From contig CAWIXE010000003.1 in NCBI GenBank assembly GCA_963840035.1, positions 64,001 to 128,000 on the forward strand: 64,000 bases of DNA, given 5' to 3'. A program made the position numbers and the translations under genes. The stretch is from a candidate division FCPU426 bacterium (GTDB taxonomy: Bacteria > Oederibacteriota > PGYV01 > Palsa-1178). The notes beneath the pieces were generated by a model. It saw only the letters and a list, made by a program, of their open reading frames with translations. It was not told where the DNA came from and did not search any database. Below, in pieces: positions 58,108 to 64,000 of the stretch; the first letter of the stretch is position 1, and the number at the start of each line of letters is the position of its first letter.

Positions 58108-60444
58108 TTATTTCTTTTTGGCTATTTTCTTTTTTACCGGTTTTGCCTTAACTGCTGGTTTTATTTTTGCAGCCGGCTGTGGAGCCGGAGCAGGCGCTGC
58201 CTGCGGTTTCGGCTGCTGCACAGGCAGTGGTTTTGGCTGCTCTGCTGATTGTGGTTTCGGCTGTTGTATCGGCTGCGGCTGGTTCTGCGGCTTATACTGC
58301 TGCTGGCCTTGCGGTTTATACTGCTGCTGGCCCTGAGGCTTATACTGCTGCTGGCCCTGAGGCTTATACTGCTGCTGGCCTTGAGGCCTATACTGCTGCT
58401 GTGTCTGCGGGTTATACGGCTGCTGACCCTGGAGCCTTGGCTGCTGCGCCGACTGTACCGGCGTTTTTGGAGCTTCTACTTTGGGAGCCGGAGGAGGAGG
58501 CACGGGCCTTTTTACACCCATCTTATACCTGATGTAGTTTATCTTTCCTCCATCCAGGATTATTTCCTTTTCGCGGTCTGAAAGCTGTGTGAATAACTTG
58601 ATATCCATGGCTCCATTTACCCGCATCGTAATGTTCTTTCCTGCTTTTATGGAGTTTGCAACGTCAATCAATTCAAGCCTGTCGCCCGCGTTTATCCTGT
58701 CATAATCCTTTGGATTCGTAAAATTAAGGGGCAAAAGGCCGAAATTAATAAGATTTGCCTTGTGTATGCGGGCAAATGACTTGGTGATGACCGCTTTTAC
58801 ACCCAGGTGCATGGGCGCGAGCGCGGCGTGCTCGCGTGACGAACCCTGGCCGTAATTGTCGCCGCCGATTATGAACCCGCCGTTGTCCTTGATGGCGCGG
58901 GTATAAAATGACGGGTCAAGTTTGATGAACACGTGTTTTGATATTTCGGGTATGTTGGAACGAAGGGGAAGTATCTTCGCGCCGGCCGGCATGATATCGT
59001 CCGTAGTTATGTTGTCACCGGTCTTTATCAATACCTTTCCTGACATCATATCTGAGACGGGTTTTCCTTCCGGGAGCGGTTTTATATTCGGGCCCATTAT
59101 TATATTTACCTTTGAAGCCTCCGCAGGGGAGAGCGGCTTTAAAAGCAGGGCGTTATCAACTTCAAATTTTATAAGCGGGTTAACCACAGGGGCTTTTCCA
59201 AGTTTCTTAGGGTCAGTAACTTCGCCGAAAACAGCGGCCGCGACCGCAACCTCAACGCTTGAAAGGAAGATTGACGCGTCTGCCGTGCCTGAACGGCCTT
59301 TGAAATTTCTGTTAAAGGTCCTTATTGATACTGAACCGGAGGCCGGAGCGTGTCCCATGCCTATGCACGGGCCGCAGGCTGATTCAACAACCCTGGCGCC
59401 GGCTTCTATATAATAGGAAAGAGCGCCGTTTTGTACGAGCGCATTCAATATGGTCCTGGAGCCCGGCGCTACTATGAAGGAGACGTCCTTGTGCACTTTC
59501 TTGCCCTTCAACGCAAGTGCTGCTGTCATCAGGTCTTTATATGAGGAATTCGTACAGCTGCCGATTATTACCTGGCTTACCTTCTGGCCCTTTAATTCCT
59601 TGACGGCTTTTACAGCGTCAGGCGAGTGGGGCATGGCCACCAGAGGTTCGACTTTTTTTAAGTCTATTTCAAATATCTCTTTATACTGTGCTTTTTTATC
59701 CGGAGCGAAGGCTTTATAATCCTTTGCCCTTCCAAAGGCCTTCAGGAACTTCTGGGTGTTTGCGTCTGACGGGAATATGGAGGTCGTGGCGCCGAGTTCC
59801 GCGCCCATGTTTGTGATGGTGGCCCTTTCAGGTACTGACAATGATTTTACGCCGTCGCCAAAATATTCAAATACGCGGTTTACCCCGCCCTTGACAGTAT
59901 ATTTTTTAAGCACTGTCAGGATGATGTCTTTCGCGGATGACCATGCAGGAAGCTTTCCTTTTAATTTAATTCCTATGACTTCAGGGCAGGTAAGCGAGTA
60001 AGGATAACCCGCCATTGCAGATGCCACTTCAAGTCCGCCCACGCCGATTGCAATCATTCCCACCCCGCCGGCAGTGGGGGTGTGGCTGTCAGAGCCTATG
60101 AGCGTATCGCCCGGTTTGGCGAACCTTTCGGAATGCACCTGGTGGCAGATTCCGTTGCCCGGCTTTGAAAAGTATAGGCCGAATTTTTCCGCAACTGACT
60201 GGAGGAAAAGGTGGTCGTCGGCGTTCTCAAAACCGGTCTGCAGCGTATTGTGGTCGACATAGCTCACTGAAAGCTTGGTCGATATCTTTGAAAGGCCGAA
60301 ATTCAGGAATTCCAGGTAAGCCATGGTGCCTGTGGCGTCCTGCGTGAGGGTCTGGTCAATCTTAATGGAAATTTCCTCACCCGCTATGAGCTTGCCAGAA
60401 ACCATGTGTTTTTTCAGTATCTTTTCCGTCAAAGTACCTTTCAT
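58108..60444 (-). CDS. Aconitate hydratase (single-chain) with a long low-complexity C-terminal tail
   Basis: DQTLTQDATG, DSHT, GSCTN, CGPCIG and GQGSSREHA. Confidence 0.92.
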   Translation of the reverse strand: MKGTLTEKILKKHMVSGKLIAGEEISIKIDQTLTQDATGTMAYLEFLNFGLSKISTKLSVSYVDHNTLQTGFENADDHLFLQSVAEKFGLYFSKPGNGICHQVHSERFAKPGDTLIGSDSHTPTAGGVGMIAIGVGGLEVASAMAGYPYSLTCPEVIGIKLKGKLPAWSSAKDIILTVLKKYTVKGGVNRVFEYFGDGVKSLSVPERATITNMGAELGATTSIFPSDANTQKFLKAFGRAKDYKAFAPDKKAQYKEIFEIDLKKVEPLVAMPHSPDAVKAVKELKGQKVSQVIIGSCTNSSYKDLMTAALALKGKKVHKDVSFIVAPGSRTILNALVQNGALSYYIEAGARVVESACGPCIGMGHAPASGSVSIRTFNRNFKGRSGTADASIFLSSVEVAVAAAVFGEVTDPKKLGKAPVVNPLIKFEVDNALLLKPLSPAEASKVNIIMGPNIKPLPEGKPVSDMMSGKVLIKTGDNITTDDIMPAGAKILPLRSNIPEISKHVFIKLDPSFYTRAIKDNGGFIIGGDNYGQGSSREHAALAPMHLGVKAVITKSFARIHKANLINFGLLPLNFTNPKDYDRINAGDRLELIDVANSIKAGKNITMRVNGAMDIKLFTQLSDREKEIILDGGKINYIRYKMGVKRPVPPPPAPKVEAPKTPVQSAQQPRLQGQQPYNPQTQQQYRPQGQQQYKPQGQQQYKPQGQQQYKPQGQQQYKPQNQPQPIQQPKPQSAEQPKPLPVQQPKPQAAPAPAPQPAAKIKPAVKAKPVKKKIAKKK
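58286..58429 (-). repeat. Six 24-nt coding repeats (GQQQYKPQ)
   Basis: Units at 58286, 58310, 58334, 58358, 58382 and 58406. Confidence 0.92.
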
Positions 60445-60534
60445 ATGCCACCTCATTGTGTATTGTATTTCATCTTTAAAACATTGAATAATATTAAAGT
60501 AAAGCGTGGGATTTGTAAATAGTTTTTAATGTGA

Positions 60535-60620
60535 ATTTTAGATTTTCAATTTTAGATTTTCAATTGCGGACGGACTAAGGCATGTTTTTAATTGAAAATT
60601 GAAAATTCAGAATTGAAAAT
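60535..60620. repeat. Inverted heptamer arrays, ATTTT(CA/AG) type
   Basis: Arms 60535-60565 and 60590-60620. Confidence 0.85.
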
Positions 60621-60630
60621 GGATTAAAAC

Positions 60631-60687
60631 CCGACTTACAGTCTTGACAAAACGCAAAAAACCGACTATTATATTTGCCGTAGTCGG
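60631..60687 (+). promoter_or_regulatory. Promoter with CCGACT operator half-sites (likely TetR autoregulation)
   Basis: TTGACA at 60644, N17, TATTAT; CCGACTA-N12-TAGTCGG; an extra CCGACT at 60631. Confidence 0.7.
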
Positions 60688-60709
60688 AATACAAATATAA
60701 GGAGACCAC

Positions 60710-61282
60710 ATGAAACAGACAAAGGAACTTATCTTAAAGACCGCAAAGAAACTTTTCGCAAAAAAGGGTTTAACCGACACCACCATGGACGACGTGGCAA
60801 AGGAAGCGCGCATAGGAAAAGGGACCATATATCATTATTTTGAGTCCAAGGAGCAGATGTACTGCCAGATACTTGACGATGACATGGCCGGAATCAAGGA
60901 AAGCCTGATAAAAATGGTGGCTGCCGAGACCGAGCCGGATAAAAAATTCAGGGCCTATATGCTCGGACGCATGCAGTCCATGCAGAAATTTTCCGCTTTC
61001 TACGCAATGTTTAAGAAAGACTACGTGGATTACTACGGATACATCAAAAAAGCGTATGACAAATACCAGGATTTTGAGATGTCAAATGTAAGGCAATTCC
61101 TCCAGGAAGGCCTGGAAAAAGGCATACTCATTGTGGAGGACATTGATTTTACCACGCTTATGCTAACCCAGGTCATAAAAGGTCTTGAGTACCAGTTTGC
61201 GATGGAAAAAGAGGAAGACATAGAGAAAAAGGTAAATATACTTATGAACATCATATATAAGGGGCTTTTAAAAAATAAGTAA
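60710..61282 (+). CDS. TetR/AcrR-family regulator
   Basis: TTMDDVAKEARIGKGTIYHYFESKE. Confidence 0.95.
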   Translation: MKQTKELILKTAKKLFAKKGLTDTTMDDVAKEARIGKGTIYHYFESKEQMYCQILDDDMAGIKESLIKMVAAETEPDKKFRAYMLGRMQSMQKFSAFYAMFKKDYVDYYGYIKKAYDKYQDFEMSNVRQFLQEGLEKGILIVEDIDFTTLMLTQVIKGLEYQFAMEKEEDIEKKVNILMNIIYKGLLKNK

Positions 61283-61295
61283 TAGTGGAGGGCAC

Positions 61296-62084
61296 ATGAA
61301 AAGATTTGCCGTAATTATACTGGCTATTGCGTTTTTTTCGGTTTGCGCCGCTGTTGACAAAAAAATTGATTTTGTAAAAGAAGGCGACAAATACTTTGGG
61401 ATGAGGAACTCCATAACAAACACCGCAGACGACCTGGCCAACATTGACAGGGCGGTTGAGAATTATAAAGCTGCTTTTGACGCGGACAAGGCAAACGAGA
61501 AGCTTCTTTATAAATACGCCAAGGCACTTGATTTTAAATACAGGTATCTGACCGCCACGGCCGAGGAAAAAAAGGTAAAGTACGAGGAATTAAGCAGGGA
61601 ATTTGAACCGCTCGGTGCCACCATGTCAAAGACAAAGGAATTTAACTATGTCATGGCGCTAATGTGGGCGAGGAGGGGGGACGTAACCCCCAATGTCCTG
61701 GAAGCCGCCAAAGAAGGCGTGGCAGATAAGATAAAAGGGTATGCCGAGGCGTTGTACAACCAGGATAAGACTTTTGACAATTACGCGACCTGCCTTATCC
61801 TCGGAAGGCTGCATTATAAATCCCCGAACATACCGTTTATACTCGGCTGGCCGGATAAGAATAAATCAAAGGAATACCTTGAGGAAATATATAAAGCCCG
61901 GCCCGACGACACGGAAGCAAGGTTCTTCCTTGCGGATACATACTGGGAGCTCGGGAAAAAGGATGAAGCGACAAAGCTTTATAAGGAAGTATCAAAAGCT
62001 TCCCCGAGGAAAGACTGGTGGTATTACGACACCGCGTCCATAGAGAAATGCAAGGCGAGGATGACGGAGTTGGGGATTCAGTAA
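61296..62084 (+). CDS. Exported helical/TPR-like hypothetical protein
   Basis: Signal peptide; TPR-like C-terminus. Confidence 0.75.
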   Translation: MKRFAVIILAIAFFSVCAAVDKKIDFVKEGDKYFGMRNSITNTADDLANIDRAVENYKAAFDADKANEKLLYKYAKALDFKYRYLTATAEEKKVKYEELSREFEPLGATMSKTKEFNYVMALMWARRGDVTPNVLEAAKEGVADKIKGYAEALYNQDKTFDNYATCLILGRLHYKSPNIPFILGWPDKNKSKEYLEEIYKARPDDTEARFFLADTYWELGKKDEATKLYKEVSKASPRKDWWYYDTASIEKCKARMTELGIQ

Positions 62085-62096
62085 GATCATAAGTGC

Positions 62097-62203
62097 GGTC
62101 TCAATGATCTCAGTGGTCTCAGAAATCTCAAAAGGGAAAGGCAAAGTCGCGTTAGTTTTCCGGCTATTGAGATTATTGAGACTTTTGGGATTATTGAGAC
62201 TTT
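62097..62203. repeat. Inverted 9-nt-period arrays (GGTCTCAAT / ATTGAGACT)
   Basis: Four units per arm, 62097-62132 and 62166-62203, between convergent genes. Confidence 0.85.
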
Positions 62204-62213
62204 CTTGACGGAA

Positions 62214-62750
62214 TTAATTCACGTGGTTCATCACAAATAAATCCTGCCCCTTAGCGTCGTCTATGACTATCGCGTAAAAGTCCTCAATTTCCAGCTTGTA
62301 TATGGCCTCAGGCCCCAGTTCGGGGAAGGCTATTACCTCTGATTTCTTTATTGTCCTTACATATTCAGCGCCCAGGCCGCCCATGGCTGAAAAATAAACA
62401 GCTTTATTCTTTTCAATTGCTTCCTTTACCGCAAGCGAGCGTTCGCCTTTTCCTATCATGCCCTTTAAGCCGTGTTCCAGCAGTATGGGGGTAAAAACGT
62501 CCATGCGTGAGGATGTTGTTGGGCCGCAGGAGCCTATGACGTTTCCTTCTTTTGCCGGAGTAGGCCCGCAATAATATATGACCTGATTGGTAAGGTCAAA
62601 GGGCAGTTTGGAGCGCTTATGCATGAGTTCCACGACTTTAGCGTGGGCAGCGTCGCGCATGGTATATATGGTTCCGGAAATTAAGACTTCGTCCCCGGCT
62701 TCCAGATCATCTATAGTTTCTGCGTCTAAGGGTGCTGTGATGCGCTTCAT
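62214..62750 (-). CDS. Class I fumarate hydratase / tartrate dehydratase, beta subunit
   Basis: RDAAH, GPTTSSRM and GPEAIY. Confidence 0.93.
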   Translation of the reverse strand: MKRITAPLDAETIDDLEAGDEVLISGTIYTMRDAAHAKVVELMHKRSKLPFDLTNQVIYYCGPTPAKEGNVIGSCGPTTSSRMDVFTPILLEHGLKGMIGKGERSLAVKEAIEKNKAVYFSAMGGLGAEYVRTIKKSEVIAFPELGPEAIYKLEIEDFYAIVIDDAKGQDLFVMNHVN

Positions 62751-62763
62751 TTATGCTCCGTTT

Positions 62764-62866
62764 ATTTTATATTTTAGATTTTAAATTTTAGATTTAAGGT
62801 GTGCTTCGCACTTTATGATAAAAGACGAAACCTTAAATATAAAATTTAAAATATAAAATCTAAAAT
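62764..62866. repeat. Inverted heptamer arrays (ATTTTAG / CTAAAAT)
   Basis: Arms 62764-62799 and 62831-62866. Confidence 0.85.
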
Positions 62867-63705
62867 TAGATTGTAAAAGATTTATGCCTCGCGGAATGGC
62901 ACTGTATGTTTACCGCGACCGGCAGGCTGGCTATGTGGCACGGTTTTGTCTCTATCTTGACCGCGAGCACTGTCGTTTGCCCGCCAAAGCCAAGCGGGCC
63001 TATATTCAGCGTGTTCAATGCCTTATAAAACTGGTGCTCCAGTTTTGCGGCGTTCTTGTCGCTTTTATTAAAGTCGTCCACATTCCTTAAAAGCGCTTTT
63101 TTTGCCAGTATGGCGCAGGTTTCCATGTTGCCGCCGATTCCAACGCCTATTATATAAGGAGGGCAGGCAGAAGCGCCGGCTTTCTTTACCGTTTCCATGA
63201 CAAAATCCTGAATTCCCTCTACGCCGTCGGAAGGGTTCAGCATTTTAAGGGCTGATTTATTTTCGGCTCCGGCGCCTTTTGTCATTATTGAAATTTTTAT
63301 ATTTGGGCCCCTTACGAGTTTGGTATGTATTATGGCCGGGGTATTTGTCCCGGTATTTTCCCGGGTTATCGGGTCGGCGACTGATTTCCTAAGGCAGCCT
63401 TTTTCGTAACCCTGTTCGACGCCTTTGTTGATAGCCTTATATATGTCGCCGTCTATGGCCACTTCATTGCCGACCTCAAGGAAAACCACGGCAATGCCGG
63501 TGTCCTGGCACAGCGGGTATACGCCTTTTTTCGCAATCTTGTGGTTCTCGGCTATTTTATACAGGATGTTCTTGGGTTTTTTATCCTCTTCGCGGGCGGC
63601 AGAGTCTTTGATGGCCGTTAATACGTCATAAGGAAGAAAATGATTGGCATCAATGACAAGCTGGGATACAACGTCTGTGATTTTTTTACAAGTGATTTCA
63701 CGCAT
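62866..63705 (-). CDS. Class I fumarate hydratase / tartrate dehydratase, alpha subunit
   Basis: PLCQDTG, ACPP and CHIASLPVAVNIQCH. Confidence 0.93.
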   Translation of the reverse strand: MREITCKKITDVVSQLVIDANHFLPYDVLTAIKDSAAREEDKKPKNILYKIAENHKIAKKGVYPLCQDTGIAVVFLEVGNEVAIDGDIYKAINKGVEQGYEKGCLRKSVADPITRENTGTNTPAIIHTKLVRGPNIKISIMTKGAGAENKSALKMLNPSDGVEGIQDFVMETVKKAGASACPPYIIGVGIGGNMETCAILAKKALLRNVDDFNKSDKNAAKLEHQFYKALNTLNIGPLGFGGQTTVLAVKIETKPCHIASLPVAVNIQCHSARHKSFTI

Positions 63706-63717
63706 ATGCACCTTCGA

Positions 63718-63788
63718 GTCCCAAGCCCCAAGACTCATGACCCAAGTGAAGGCTTTCCACTTGAGTCATGGGTCCTGGGTCATGAGAC
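63718..63788. repeat. Inverted heptamer arrays (GACCCAA / TTGGGTC type)
   Basis: Four units per arm around aagtgaaggctttccactt. Confidence 0.85.
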
Positions 63789-64000
63789 TATATTTTATCC
63801 TTTATCTTATCTATCTGTTCCTTTATAGACGCTGCCGAGGCTTCAAGCAGTTTCTTTTCTTCGGGTGAAAGTTTAATATCAACTATCTTCTGAATCCCTG
63901 AGCCGCCAAGGACAACCGGCAGCCCTATGAAGAGGTCATTAAAACCGTATTCGCCTTCCGTAAATACCGAGCAGGGAAGGGTGGCCTTTCTGTCGTTTAT
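63788..64000 (-). CDS. mdh: Malate dehydrogenase, C-terminal part (runs off the window)
   Basis: Manual translation LPCSVFTEGEYGFNDLFIGLPVVLGGSGIQKIVDIKLSPEEK...; adjacent to fumarase genes. Confidence 0.85.
   Translation of the reverse strand: MNDRKATLPCSVFTEGEYGFNDLFIGLPVVLGGSGIQKIVDIKLSPEEKKLLEASAASIKEQIDKIKDKI

Noticed and set aside
58082..58581. Cys-rich, Ala-rich and Leu-rich repeat ORFs on the + strand (RiPP-like appearance)
   Set aside because: Antisense frames of the aconitase tail, lying at or beyond a terminator, with no RBS or modifying enzymes.
63790..63820. Apparent TTATC repeat array
   Set aside because: It is the coding end of mdh (IDKIKDKI).

Overview
Gene-dense 64-kb chromosomal segment of a diderm, probably anaerobic bacterium. 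The style resembles uncultured lineages such as Ca. Goldiibacteriota, but that is an impression only. It carries about 55 CDS: envelope and glycosylation genes, a TPR-barrel-ExbB-ExbD-TonB operon, rsfS-rnhB-yraN, def-fmt, an ArsR-thioredoxin-trxB operon, aroQ, a serC-like aminotransferase with serA, purA, a frameshifted pabB-pabC, aconitase, a split fumarase and partial mdh. There are also tRNA-Gly(GCC) and tRNA-Val(CAC). I saw no integrase, transposase, reverse transcriptase, CRISPR array or prophage. The most striking signal is intergenic. (1) About 16 'periodic hairpin' elements have arms of about four tandem 7-nt units (once 9-nt), usually followed by the same array inverted; the unit differs from locus to locus while the geometry and the position next to stop codons are conserved. 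(2) Several REP-like palindrome families nest inside each other, including three 38-39-nt inserts at one identical palindromic bond. Other notable items are an aconitase with a Q/Y/G/P repeat tail plus a basic tail, recurrent histone-H1-like tails including an unannotated 36-aa Cys/Lys peptide, a short TonB-type barrel paired with a giant TPR protein, a tandem double O-antigen-ligase protein and an HTH-less LacI-type protein.
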